Origin: a virus
Lineage: Duplodnaviria; Caudoviricetes
Strand: one strand, 5' to 3'
IMG/VR virus record: IMGVR_UViG_3300020037_003256
Span: 64,001 to 128,000 of that record
DNA: 64,000 nucleotides
Shown: in pieces, positions 28,801 through 37,777 of the stretch
How the letters are laid out: each line of letters starts with the position of its first letter
Numbering within the stretch: the first letter of the stretch is position 1
Made by a program: the position numbers and the translations under genes
Notes under the pieces: generated by a model
What the model saw: the letters and a program-made list of their open reading frames with translations, nothing else
Databases searched by the model: none
What the model was told of the DNA's origin: nothing

Positions 28801-28881
28801 GAACGGGAAACCACCAGGTGTTTGTTGTGTCTTAGGCTGTTGGGGTGCATTGCCAAAAGCGAATTTCGTAAGTATGGACAT
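25855..28881 (-). CDS. large Gly/Ala/Pro/Gln-rich putative virion protein with glycine-zipper segments
   Basis: start MSILTK after AAGGAGG; PGGPGG repeats; GxxxG-rich hydrophobic stretches; KxA motifs. Confidence 0.6.
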   Translation of the reverse strand: MSILTKFAFGNAPQQPKTQQTPGGFPFLGGQMHFPSMYGMGPNSGIAQAANAAQRNPNPVTKASPGKVGLATAAGVGQAAQQQQNTQNLQQQTPMPQGQYQMPMPKMGEARALPDWLELAVVAAKGNVKRAEVQTSSSQNPQTGTKSLTKSHQSSLHKPQSVGAGFSPSGQGGYAGAGNGQGGYGGGNGVNLAGNVAGAQFGMNVGAAQGNGQQQQVAGVAPGNKVGPYGVVQPGWDTLKSAAQYMPKIVTTLFKHAATLPPTPGLTANQAVPPAGMAPPPPGLPAMPPPNGGAPIPGTMGQPSIDPMTGAPMQDPNAMQGGPPPGPGGPGGPGGPGGPPPTQPDPTTGAPTTSPMQDPPPLPLPTNPKVPSPRQQPTPRDNHQMGVTQSLLQDKHQADNPIGNAEATEDVQSEAMALGSKTASLKNVFWNANQFSVEKLATYSKLSPFAKGFFLRCATDGVDPHLAVEKVGMDYGPDAAYELQGALEKIAGPWSRFGEGLNKARTGLKNWWSGGNNAANTANTAAAGAANTAAHAPASWGSGFSNGFKAQAGATTMGALGGGFAGDELGFGGDHMTVPGLGIKLNYRGMAAGAAAFNPGLRRYANTAAGGGLSVPMAGMRLAGVGAGAGTALDVGADKLLGYDTGGAFARTGAWGGVGLGAMGQGAHVLKQRGINKFYANGANRNTIDLGTGNLVNPNYYHGARLPYVPNNPMMHNILSKADQGFAAANKGLNNFGNEAAMGFLKPLIYPARALNAYVRGRPMPSLFGRTLSEGGTRIGSGQTGAVRGLGIRPGLVGRALGVGALGATTVGGGLNILEDRMEGSMRNAAGRTVAEMLPEIQNHTADFADKYMAQRGLLNQEGKFDPLQAIGGNKGMLGGMMGHADGIFRSLGMNPDNMSPLQKLMILGGAMGGAGGIAAGSPALAGMGGASTLAGLLPLLLGNQNQQQGQQPQQGGMIGPRGQAVNQAPPNVPQSRDEWLQQQENEQRLAQISQMMRNPNNFARTQE
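27591..27610. repeat. dispersed palindrome, copy 4 (intragenic)
   Basis: TCCAAAAAACGTTTTTTAGA, followed by CTCGC as in copy 1. Confidence 0.8.
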
Positions 28882-28967
28882 AGGGTAATAACCCTCCTTG
28901 GCGTCATTAATTGCTTTATTGCTTAACTCAACTCTACCATTTCTGCATGCTTGGGTGGATATGGATT

Positions 28968-29492
28968 TCACTTCGTGCTTTGGCGTGACCGGGAATAAAA
29001 TAATATCCCTTCCAACTCCAACCAAATGCCCATCAAGGACAATTGAAAAATACGATCATATCCGATGGTGTTTAAATTCACATAAACGTTTTGCAGCGTA
29101 ATTGCAGGCTTATCGTTATAAAACAACCTGGCACAATTAAAGCCAAATGCCGTACTTAGCGGCCACAAATATGGACAAGTATTCTCTGGAAAGAAATTAA
29201 ACTCTACAGACACAGCTCTGCCTTGCAGCGGTGAATGTGATGGATAAGGCGACGAATGCAAAGCAGCTGCACCTCTTTTGTCGTGCACGGCTGCAGTAAC
29301 AGTAAAAGAAATGGGATGTGCGTTCCGAAGTACGACTACGGAATCACATTCCAAATTGGCTTCTGTCTGTTTGAGATCCCACTTTGCATTGAAATAGCTG
29401 GCTTTAAGTACCTTGGGCCTGTTTTGTGGGGTAAGTAGGCCATAAGACGTTTTCTCAACATGTTCAAAAACTGCGGTAAGATGCTCTACCAT
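28968..29492 (-). CDS. array paralogue 43
   Basis: EKTSYGLL, NDKPAIT, GIWLE. Confidence 0.85.
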   Translation of the reverse strand: MVEHLTAVFEHVEKTSYGLLTPQNRPKVLKASYFNAKWDLKQTEANLECDSVVVLRNAHPISFTVTAAVHDKRGAAALHSSPYPSHSPLQGRAVSVEFNFFPENTCPYLWPLSTAFGFNCARLFYNDKPAITLQNVYVNLNTIGYDRIFQLSLMGIWLELEGILFYSRSRQSTK

Positions 29493-29502
29493 TGCGATTC
29501 CT

Positions 29503-30024
29503 TTACGTTATTTCGTGCCCCTTTACAAAGGCATCGAACTCCAACCAACGACCTCTAAGCTCGACATGGACAATACCGCCGTACGCAAAAAACGCACGGA
29601 CACTTCTTATACCCTCACTACGTTTCAGCGTTAAACATGGCTTGTCTTGAAACCAAATAACCACGTTCTCTCCATCCCGTTCCCTTAAATTCATGCGACG
29701 ATTTGGTTTGTGGGGCTGTATGGTTGACCCCGCAGCAGGACAAACCAGCGCTACTTCAGCTAAAGTGCTGTACCTATCAGCAGATTCTTGTCCGTTTCGC
29801 AAGGCTCGCGTGTTTGCTGTGAGATTCACCACATCTTTGCAAACTAGGGGATAGCCATCTACGACAACCACTAAAGCAGGTAGCGTAGCCTGAGAAGGGA
29901 AAGGCACGTGTTCAAAGAAGAATGATTTATACGCCGCATACATACCGCGGCCAGCGTTTTTAGCCGTCAGCAGTCCGTAAGTGGTCTTTTCCATGTAGGC
30001 GTTAATTTCTGCTCGGGTTCTCAT
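29503..30024 (-). CDS. array paralogue 42
   Basis: EKTTYGLL, QDKPC, GRWLE. Confidence 0.85.
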   Translation of the reverse strand: MRTRAEINAYMEKTTYGLLTAKNAGRGMYAAYKSFFFEHVPFPSQATLPALVVVVDGYPLVCKDVVNLTANTRALRNGQESADRYSTLAEVALVCPAAGSTIQPHKPNRRMNLRERDGENVVIWFQDKPCLTLKRSEGIRSVRAFFAYGGIVHVELRGRWLEFDAFVKGHEIT

Positions 30025-30031
30025 TAAGCTC

Positions 30032-30550
30032 CTATCTCCCTATTGCATGCCCCACTACATAGTCGTTGAACTCTTTCCACACTCCCTTAATGGTTATGAG
30101 GATTAAACCACTATCGAACTTATCAAGACATGGTGGGGCAATGCCGTTGTGCCGCATTAGAGACAAACATGGTCTGTCTTGCTGCCAAATAACCGTGTGC
30201 TCGCTGCCTTTTATTGGAAAGTTGAAAGTACGCCAGGCGGCTGGACGGAACCGCGGCGTTGGTCGAACATCGCTGCAGGCTATTTCTATGGTTGCTGTGG
30301 TGGAGTGCGTTATTGGCGAATATGGCCCGTTTCGCCAAATTCGCACACTTACGTTTAGACTTTTTAGCGCAATGCAGTACACATGCTGACCGTCTACCGT
30401 GTAGATAAGATCAGATCCGGGAGGGGTTGGTGCATGCACGTAGAAGAAAGAGCCACCTCTCGCCCCGGCCACGAACGAAGCCGCATTTTTACTGAGCAAG
30501 CCATAAGTCGTCTTTTTCACATAAGCGTCTATTTGTTCTTTAGTTCTCAT
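30032..30550 (-). CDS. array paralogue 41
   Basis: KKTTYGLL, QDRPC, GVWKE. Confidence 0.85.
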   Translation of the reverse strand: MRTKEQIDAYVKKTTYGLLSKNAASFVAGARGGSFFYVHAPTPPGSDLIYTVDGQHVYCIALKSLNVSVRIWRNGPYSPITHSTTATIEIACSDVRPTPRFRPAAWRTFNFPIKGSEHTVIWQQDRPCLSLMRHNGIAPPCLDKFDSGLILITIKGVWKEFNDYVVGHAIGR

Positions 30551-30557
30551 TGTGCTC

Positions 30558-31073
30558 CTACGATAGTATTGCATGCCCAACGATATAGTCGTGAAACTCT
30601 TTCCACTCTCCCTTAATGAGTATTTGGATTAAACCTGTATCAGCATACTTTTCGATGCAAGGAGGGCTAATGCCTTCGTGCCGCATTAGAGACAAACACG
30701 GTCTGTCTTGCTGCCAAATAACCGTGTGCTCGCTGTCTTTTATTGGAAAGTTAAAAGTACGCCAAGACGCAGGTCGAAGCCATGGCGCTGGTCGAACGTT
30801 TTGGCAAACGATTTCCAGGTTGGCCCAGCTAGTACGCACTATTGACGGATAAGGACCAACTCGCCAAATACGTACATTTACAGTCAGCCGACGCAGATCG
30901 AAACAGTGTACCGGCTGACCGTCTACAGTGTAGGTAAGATTAGATCCGGGAGAGGTTGGTGCGTATGAGTAGAAGAAAGAGCCGCTTCGTGTACTAAGCG
31001 TGGCTGAGTTGTTGTTAAACAGACTGTAGGTCGTCTTTTTCACATAAGCGTCTACTTGTTCTTTAGTTCTCAT
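30558..31073 (-). CDS. array paralogue 40
   Basis: KKTTYSLF, QDRPC, GEWKE. Confidence 0.85.
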   Translation of the reverse strand: MRTKEQVDAYVKKTTYSLFNNNSATLSTRSGSFFYSYAPTSPGSNLTYTVDGQPVHCFDLRRLTVNVRIWRVGPYPSIVRTSWANLEIVCQNVRPAPWLRPASWRTFNFPIKDSEHTVIWQQDRPCLSLMRHEGISPPCIEKYADTGLIQILIKGEWKEFHDYIVGHAILS

Positions 31074-31080
31074 TATGCTC

Positions 31081-31611
31081 CTACGGCAGTATTGCATGCC
31101 CCACTACGTAGTCGTTGAACTCTTTCCACTCGCCCCTAATGGTTATGTGGATTAAACCCGTAGCATACTTTTCGATACAAGGCGGACTAATACCTTCGTG
31201 TCGCATTACGGATAAACATGGCCTGTCGTGCCGCCAAATGACTGTCTGTCTACTACCTCTTATTGGGAAGTTAAAGATACGCGAACCTGCAGGACGAGAC
31301 CACGGCGTCGGATGAACACCACGGCCAGCGATTTCCAGGTTGGTCCAGGCATTACGAACTAGCTGCGGATATGAACCAACTCGCCAAATACGTACATTTA
31401 CAGTCAGCCGGTGTAAATCGAAACAGTGTACCGGCTGACCGTCTACCGTGTAGATAAGATTAGATCCGGGAGGAGTTGGTACGTATGTATAGACAAAAGA
31501 GCCGCTTCGAGTGCTAATCGTGGCAGACGTATCGGGCAAGCCTGTGTTGTTGCCGAGCAAGCCATAAGTCGTCTTTTTAACGTAAGCGTCTATTTGTTCT
31601 TTAGTTCTCAT
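31081..31611 (-). CDS. array paralogue 39
   Basis: KKTTYGLL, HDRPC, GEWKE. Confidence 0.85.
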   Translation of the reverse strand: MRTKEQIDAYVKKTTYGLLGNNTGLPDTSATISTRSGSFVYTYVPTPPGSNLIYTVDGQPVHCFDLHRLTVNVRIWRVGSYPQLVRNAWTNLEIAGRGVHPTPWSRPAGSRIFNFPIRGSRQTVIWRHDRPCLSVMRHEGISPPCIEKYATGLIHITIRGEWKEFNDYVVGHAILP

Positions 31612-32125
31612 TATGCTCCCGTATTTGTATGTCGTGTCCTAGTAGGAATTCGTGGAACTCTTTCCAATGCCCACGAATTCGGACATGGGCCAAATTGTTT
31701 GCATTGGATACGCTAGGGTCCCCTAGCCCGCCACTTTGCGTTAAGGTGAGACAAGGACGGTCTCGCCACCAGATAACCATGTTCCGCACACTAGGCACAG
31801 GAAAATCGAAGTCGAGAAGATCGAGACTTATTCGACCAGGTTCGGGAAGAATTGCAGAACAAGCTATCGTTACCTCCGTTAAGCTGCCCGCTGTCGTTTG
31901 TGTGATCTTGTTTACCCAGTACCACGAATCTACAGTTATGAATACGGTCTTTTGGCAAAGCACGTGCTGTCCATCCACGTCCAGCACCAAGTCTGTAGCA
32001 GAGCGGCCCGTCGTACTTGCGTGTACGTACATCGCACCCTTATTCGTTCTGTGCGCGTCAATATGCTCCAGCAAACCACAACTTACGGTTTTGATGTACT
32101 CATTCACTTGTGCTTGTGTTCGCAT
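31601..32125 (-). CDS. array paralogue 38
   Basis: TVSCGLL, RDRPC, GHWKE. Confidence 0.85.
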   Translation of the reverse strand: MRTQAQVNEYIKTVSCGLLEHIDAHRTNKGAMYVHASTTGRSATDLVLDVDGQHVLCQKTVFITVDSWYWVNKITQTTAGSLTEVTIACSAILPEPGRISLDLLDFDFPVPSVRNMVIWWRDRPCLTLTQSGGLGDPSVSNANNLAHVRIRGHWKEFHEFLLGHDIQIREHNEN

Positions 32126-32132
32126 AGTGCTC

Positions 32133-32642
32133 CTATTCCTGCACTTTGTGTCCTACTATGTAATCGTGGAACTCCAACCACTGCCCTTTGGCCTGTAAAT
32201 GCACAAGATTAGGACCCGCTAAAAACGCGCTAAAACTGGTGAGACCTTTAACATACTTCAACGAAAAACAAGGGCTATCTCGCCATCGTACAACCAGATT
32301 TTCGTTAAGTGGAATCGAAAAGTCGTTATGGCGGTCAAGCGGGTCCCATACCCGTGTTGTAGCGGAAACATGTCTACAAACTATTTCCAAATGCGTTCGA
32401 GTGGTTGTTACATTGCTAGTAACCGGTGCTAGCCCGACATCCGAAATTGTGTCTACGTACAGTACGTCTTTACAGCGGATAGGATACCCATCCACGTTTA
32501 GCAATAAGTCTTCGCTAAGCTTACGTTCCGTACCTGCATGCATGCCTACAATTCGACTACGACGCCAGGTGTCGTACTTTACGCGTAGTAATTTGTAGCA
32601 TGTCGTTTCAAGATATGCTTTTATCCCTGAAGCTGTTCGCAT
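32133..32642 (-). CDS. array paralogue 37
   Basis: TTCYKLL, RDSPC, GQWLE. Confidence 0.85.
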   Translation of the reverse strand: MRTASGIKAYLETTCYKLLRVKYDTWRRSRIVGMHAGTERKLSEDLLLNVDGYPIRCKDVLYVDTISDVGLAPVTSNVTTTRTHLEIVCRHVSATTRVWDPLDRHNDFSIPLNENLVVRWRDSPCFSLKYVKGLTSFSAFLAGPNLVHLQAKGQWLEFHDYIVGHKVQE

Positions 32643-32649
32643 AAGTGTC

Positions 32650-33159
32650 CTATTCTTGTACGTCGTGTCCTACCATGTAGTCATGAAACTCCAACCACTG
32701 CCCCTTGGCGTATAGATGCACAATACCGGTACAGCCAAGAAACACGCTGAAGGTTGTGAGACCCGCTGCGAATTTCAACGAGAAACACGGTCTATCTCGC
32801 CACCGTGCAACCAGGTTTTCTTTAAACTTAACTGGGAAGTTCTTGTGGCGAGTGTCTCGGCCCCACAGCGTCGGTGCTGGATGAATTGCGCGGCAAACTA
32901 TTTCCACGTGCGTTGTTGTGTCGCGTATAACCCTAGTGACTCCGTCTCGCCAAAGCGTAGTATCCACAAGAACGTTGAACACGTTTTCGCAAAGGATAGG
33001 ATAACCATCCACGTCTAAAATCAAGTCTTCATTGAGTTCGTCTGCTGTATCTGATTTTAGACTGATGATGCTTCCGCTCGAATACGTGTCGTACTTCGTA
33101 TAGAGTAATCCGTAGCATGTCTTTTCAAGATATGTTTTTGTCTCTGAAGCTGTTCGCAT
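32650..33159 (-). CDS. array paralogue 36
   Basis: KTCYGLL, RDRPC, GQWLE. Confidence 0.85.
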   Translation of the reverse strand: MRTASETKTYLEKTCYGLLYTKYDTYSSGSIISLKSDTADELNEDLILDVDGYPILCENVFNVLVDTTLWRDGVTRVIRDTTTHVEIVCRAIHPAPTLWGRDTRHKNFPVKFKENLVARWRDRPCFSLKFAAGLTTFSVFLGCTGIVHLYAKGQWLEFHDYMVGHDVQE

Positions 33160-33166
33160 AAGTCTC

Positions 33167-33709
33167 CTATGCGTATATTCGGTGTCCAATTATGTAGTCA
33201 TGCAGTTCTTCCCAACGTCCACTAACGTTTAAATACGTCTCGCCTGACTCCATAAAGGACACGCTTGGTTCGTCGCCAGGTCTATAGAGCTTCAATGTGA
33301 AACACGGCTTATCGTGTCGCCAAATGACCATGCTAGTAGCTTCGCTTATCATGAAGTCGTAGTCCTTGTATTCCGAAGGAGTTTCGATGTAAGAGGCCAA
33401 AGGAATACCAGAGCACTTGATTTCCAGGTCTGCTACGCTTTCACGTATGTTTTCTAAAAGCTGAACATCTACAGCTATGTACGCCACGCGAAGTAAAAGC
33501 ACTGGATGACAATCCACGGCTAGAACCAAGTTTTCTCTTATGTGGTTAAATCTGGATACAAACGCCAATGACCGATAAGTTTCTAGCCTGCTCGCTTTAA
33601 ACGTGTCATGCACGTTCTGCGGAATGCGTTCCACTGGCCGTGGCTTCGAAGCTAAAAGTCCGTACGTCACCTTGTGTACGTACTCATCTATTTGTGCTCT
33701 CGTTCTCAT
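33167..33709 (-). CDS. array paralogue 35
   Basis: KVTYGLL, HDKPC, GRWEE. Confidence 0.85.
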   Translation of the reverse strand: MRTRAQIDEYVHKVTYGLLASKPRPVERIPQNVHDTFKASRLETYRSLAFVSRFNHIRENLVLAVDCHPVLLLRVAYIAVDVQLLENIRESVADLEIKCSGIPLASYIETPSEYKDYDFMISEATSMVIWRHDKPCFTLKLYRPGDEPSVSFMESGETYLNVSGRWEELHDYIIGHRIYA

Positions 33710-34272
33710 GTGGCTTCCAACTCCCTCCAGTATCCTGTGAAAGCAAAGTATAGATTGCCTCTTACATCGCAATAAGCGTCAGCGGAAACCAGGCAATCAC
33801 TTCGTGCTAAAGTAATACAAGGCTTATCTTGGTGCGAAATAGATAGGCACGAAATGGCTGGTAAGCAGAAGGGCTTAGGATAATAACTGTTATACAGTAT
33901 AGGCAACAGTCCAGGGTTGACCGCTCTAAGCAGAAATCCTTGACCATGTGCGAATAACATCCGGACAGTTACTGCGTTACGGGCATTGGGCAGTATGGGT
34001 CCGACCGCATACGGTAGGTCTGTTTGCATCGACGTATCCACGCTAATACGTATGACGTTGTGGCAGTATATCGGACACGTATCCGCAGTGACGAGCAGGT
34101 CTACCGAAAAGTTCCAAGCGGAACTTGTGCGATACTTAAGGCCTTTAGTGCGGTTCAGTTTTAATTCGTAGCCTCTTGCATAGTCTATAATGTCGCTTTC
34201 GTCATCTTCCATTTGCAGCAGACTGTATGACGTTCTTTTGACATGCTCAAGCAGTTCTTTTCTCGTTCTCAT
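33706..34272 (-). CDS. array paralogue 34
   Basis: RTSYSLL, QDKPC, GYWRE. Confidence 0.85.
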   Translation of the reverse strand: MRTRKELLEHVKRTSYSLLQMEDDESDIIDYARGYELKLNRTKGLKYRTSSAWNFSVDLLVTADTCPIYCHNVIRISVDTSMQTDLPYAVGPILPNARNAVTVRMLFAHGQGFLLRAVNPGLLPILYNSYYPKPFCLPAISCLSISHQDKPCITLARSDCLVSADAYCDVRGNLYFAFTGYWRELEAT

Positions 34273-34279
34273 ATGACTC

Positions 34280-34810
34280 CTATGCGCATACACGCTGATA
34301 TTTTACGTAATCTCTAAATTCGTACCAATCGCCCGTAGCGCTTAGATAGAATTTGCCGCTAGGTTTGTAGTAGGCCACGAGAGACTCACCGATAGCTGAA
34401 GACTTAGTTAACGTAATGCATGGTTTGTCTTGCCACCAGACACTGATGTTTTCAGTTGTTGGTAGAAGCAAAGGGTAAGGAAGTACCGAGCGCTGCAACG
34501 ATGTAGGCAGTATTCCGCGATTGAATGTGTAGAACCAAGAGAGATCGTGCGTTATTTCCAATATGGACGTGTTTACGTTATTTGGGCTGGGTCCAGATGT
34601 TGCAAACTCTGTTTGCAAAGATATGCAGATTGCATGTTCGCATGTTATTTTCTGACCATCTACCATCAAGAACAGATCCCGCATACCTGAAGGCTTCCAA
34701 TAGTTACGGTGATAACGACGTAACCATGGTGGATCATATTGATTGCTTTTGTCAAACAAGCCGTAAGTGGTCTTTGTGACGTAGGCATCTATTTCTGCTA
34801 TGGTTCGCAC
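34280..34810 (-). CDS. array paralogue 33
   Basis: KTTYGLF, QDKPC, GDWYE. Confidence 0.85.
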   Translation of the reverse strand: MRTIAEIDAYVTKTTYGLFDKSNQYDPPWLRRYHRNYWKPSGMRDLFLMVDGQKITCEHAICISLQTEFATSGPSPNNVNTSILEITHDLSWFYTFNRGILPTSLQRSVLPYPLLLPTTENISVWWQDKPCITLTKSSAIGESLVAYYKPSGKFYLSATGDWYEFRDYVKYQRVCA

Positions 34811-34818
34811 GTTGCTCC

Positions 34819-35310
34819 TTATTTGTTCGCGAAGTCGGCGAACTCTTTCCAGTATCCGAAGATACGCACCTGTGTGACATTATCCATGAGTTCGTAGACA
34901 TCGACGGGGTGATGGTACGTGCGTAAAGTAAAATACGCACAGGGTCTATCGTTCCACCAGATGCACGCATCAGCCGCGGTCAGACCTGCAACGAAATTGT
35001 CGCCACGCCAAGGTGATTCTGACCAAGGCAGTGACACGTTTCGAAGCGAGAATAGCTTCCTATCACAGCCAAGAGTAAAAACAGTAAGATAATTATCGTC
35101 GTCACCCCAAACAGACGCTTCTATGTAACGAGTACCAGCACATATAACTTGTTGCCCGCCGACATCCAGTATCAAGTCTTTTTTTGGTTCCTTGTATGCC
35201 GTCAGTCGCCAATACGAGGACCCATGCACAGACTCTTCCAAAGTACTTTCGGCCAAAAGGCCATAAGCTGTTCTCTTTATGTGCTCGTGTATTTGTTCTT
35301 TAGTTTTCAA
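34819..35310 (-). CDS. array paralogue 32
   Basis: RTAYGLL, NDRPC, GYWKE. Confidence 0.85.
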   Translation of the reverse strand: MKTKEQIHEHIKRTAYGLLAESTLEESVHGSSYWRLTAYKEPKKDLILDVGGQQVICAGTRYIEASVWGDDDNYLTVFTLGCDRKLFSLRNVSLPWSESPWRGDNFVAGLTAADACIWWNDRPCAYFTLRTYHHPVDVYELMDNVTQVRIFGYWKEFADFANK

Positions 35311-35863
35311 TTTGGGCCTTCCTCGTTTCCACTTCGTGTCCGGCCAAATAGCTCAGCAGCTCCTGCCAATATCCGATTAACTTCAAGATCAATAACCCAT
35401 TTTCGCTGGAACGCGGTTCTAAACTAACGTGTGACGGTATGCGAGCTAACGTAATGCATGGCTTATCTTGCCACAGCACTAGCACCTCTGCCGGGTCTAA
35501 CAGACGCAAGCGACTCCAAGGCACCACTGTGTTAGGCAGGCCATTACGATTAGCCCGTATAAAATCGGCTTCATTGCACAGTATTTCCATACTAGAAATG
35601 TTGTCGGCAGACACCGTAAGAGCTTCGCTTGTACGGTCAACAGGTACCATAAGTAACTCTGTTCGCGCATTGATGTAGTCCACGCACGGACAAAAAATCT
35701 GTTCACCGGTTATGTCTAGAATTAAGTTTATCGGCGAATCAAACCCGACGTGTATCGAGCAGAATGCCATAGTAGCGTATCTGTGGATATAAATATCGCT
35801 ACCGTCTAAAAGGCCATAAGCTGTTCGCTTTACGTACTCATGTATATCTGCTTTTCTTCTCAT
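35300..35863 (-). CDS. array paralogue 31
   Basis: RTAYGLL, QDKPC, GYWQE. Confidence 0.85.
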   Translation of the reverse strand: MRRKADIHEYVKRTAYGLLDGSDIYIHRYATMAFCSIHVGFDSPINLILDITGEQIFCPCVDYINARTELLMVPVDRTSEALTVSADNISSMEILCNEADFIRANRNGLPNTVVPWSRLRLLDPAEVLVLWQDKPCITLARIPSHVSLEPRSSENGLLILKLIGYWQELLSYLAGHEVETRKAQIEN

Positions 35864-36432
35864 ACTTTACTCCGCTGTACGCCAAATCTAAAAGCTCCGC
35901 TGTACGCCAGATCTAAAAATTCCCGCCAGAACCCGTAGATATGTAGTCTGACACGCCTCGGTTCTGTTGCCCTACTGACTTCGTTATAGGCGTGCACATT
36001 CGCGGTTCGGAAGTCCGTAAACAATGTGACGCACGGTTTGTCGTTAAACACAACGCTAATCCAATGACAGCTAGCAGATACCAGGCTACCCCAGAAATTA
36101 AGTTCGCCCGTTACAGGACACACTGCGTTTTGTGTGCCCAACCACGAAACCTCATCGCAAGTGATAACCAACTGTGACAGGTTAACATCGTCGTATTTTG
36201 GATAGCGTATTTGCTGATCGTGAATATCCGTAATCAACATTAAACCGTTCGGGTTGTTGGACCGGAGTATTTGGCCGTCCATGTCCAAATAGATATCAGT
36301 ATCGCTGAAAACCGTTCTCCGCATATCGAGATAATTACGGCGAGATAGTTCACGTACGCGGCTGCCTTCTATATTGAATAAACCACAAGACGCCTTAATG
36401 ACGTCTTGTGTTAACTGCAAGATATCGGCCAT
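35860..36432 (-). CDS. array paralogue 30
   Basis: KASCGLF, NDKPC, GFWRE. Confidence 0.85.
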   Translation of the reverse strand: MADILQLTQDVIKASCGLFNIEGSRVRELSRRNYLDMRRTVFSDTDIYLDMDGQILRSNNPNGLMLITDIHDQQIRYPKYDDVNLSQLVITCDEVSWLGTQNAVCPVTGELNFWGSLVSASCHWISVVFNDKPCVTLFTDFRTANVHAYNEVSRATEPRRVRLHIYGFWREFLDLAYSGAFRFGVQRSKV

Positions 36433-36444
36433 TTAGCTGAACTC

Positions 36445-36951
36445 CTATACGTCTACTAGCTGCTTATTAAGCACGAGTGGTGTAAGCTCTTGCCAATAAC
36501 CGGCCAGCGTTAGTTCGAAGCCCTGCTCGTTCGCTATTGCTGAGACTGCAGCATCATCTCGTAGCCGCAACGTTAAGACTGGCTTACCAAGACGCGAGAT
36601 ACACGCGAACGTGACTGCCATTCGAAGATCGAAGAACTGGTTGAGCTTTGCCGGTTCTTTTCGACTTGCCGTAAACGTGATCTGCTTACACTCTAAGCTA
36701 ACGGACGTCTCTGCGGTCCGTATACGGTCTGCGTTGCCTATGAGCATACGCGTAAACGTCGTCAGCGCCTTAACACCCCAGCAATGTAACAGCTGTCCGT
36801 CTAGATCTATAACTACCGCTTCTCCGGGCATCTTCTTCCAGCCTGTGGCAAAAAAGTGATAACTGTACGCAGTCAACGTACGTCGGTTTGTTGTTAACGC
36901 ACCAAACGACGTTTTCCGGACATACTTCTTCAGCTGCTCCACAAGAATCAT
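36445..36951 (-). CDS. array paralogue 29
   Basis: KTSFGAL, GKPV, GYWQE. Confidence 0.85.
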   Translation of the reverse strand: MILVEQLKKYVRKTSFGALTTNRRTLTAYSYHFFATGWKKMPGEAVVIDLDGQLLHCWGVKALTTFTRMLIGNADRIRTAETSVSLECKQITFTASRKEPAKLNQFFDLRMAVTFACISRLGKPVLTLRLRDDAAVSAIANEQGFELTLAGYWQELTPLVLNKQLVDV

Positions 36952-37235
36952 TTGCTCTCCTGTTTCTTGTTCGCTTCTATCCAACCTTCCAACCAAAGCG
37001 AAGCTCGCCACCCATGCCCGATATGGGGATTTGCGTTAGCAGGTACACCAGCCTTGTTTGCTGCCGCACCGTTAGCACGCAGCTCAACCCCCAGTCGCCG
37101 ATCCGCAGCTTCACTTTTCGCCCGGTTCTCTTGCCCAGAACGATCGGCTGCAACGATAAGGCCAGCTATGACGATTACGGCAACTACCACGCTCAGAAGG
37201 TCCCAGAAATGCTCTTCGATCCAATCCTTTATCAT
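36948..37235 (-). CDS. membrane-anchored protein with Rmf-like C-terminal motif (not an array member)
   Basis: TM LLSVVVAVIVIAGLIVAA; GAAANKAG..NPH..SLWLEGWIEA. Confidence 0.6.
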   Translation of the reverse strand: MIKDWIEEHFWDLLSVVVAVIVIAGLIVAADRSGQENRAKSEAADRRLGVELRANGAAANKAGVPANANPHIGHGWRASLWLEGWIEANKKQESK

Positions 37236-37244
37236 AGCGTTCTC

Positions 37245-37751
37245 CTATTCATCTGGTAACAATGACACGTCTTGAAACAATTCATGCCAAATACCGACAA
37301 CGGTTACGGTGAATCCGTCAATTTTCGGATAGTTCGTATAAATGTCGATTGGCCAACCATGACAAACTAGAACGATGCACGGCTTACCGCGCCACCAGAC
37401 CGTAACGTTTTGTGCGGAGTCGGGCGCATACCTACGCACACGAGGTCCACCAATACTGAACAATATCTCGGTGCCTGATGTAATTTTGTTACACCGAACC
37501 CCAAACGAACTCGCACAATTATCGTCGAAGGCTATATCAAGATTCGTGAACAGGCTGACGCGGTTAGCGCCGTGGCACGTCAGTAGCTGTCCGTCTATGT
37601 CTAGTATTATCGGTTCTGCCTGGTCCAGCGTTGTGCCAAATGTGATGGACGGATCGCCGTCATCGGTAGCTTCTAGCTCGGAAACTACCTGCGACAGCAA
37701 ACCGTACGACGTTTTCTCCGCTACAATCTTTAGCTGTTCTGCGGTTTTCAT
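37245..37751 (-). CDS. array paralogue 28
   Basis: KTSYGLL, GKPC, GIWHE. Confidence 0.85.
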   Translation of the reverse strand: MKTAEQLKIVAEKTSYGLLSQVVSELEATDDGDPSITFGTTLDQAEPIILDIDGQLLTCHGANRVSLFTNLDIAFDDNCASSFGVRCNKITSGTEILFSIGGPRVRRYAPDSAQNVTVWWRGKPCIVLVCHGWPIDIYTNYPKIDGFTVTVVGIWHELFQDVSLLPDE

Positions 37752-37777
37752 TGTCTTTGCTCCTTGCGTGTAAGTAT

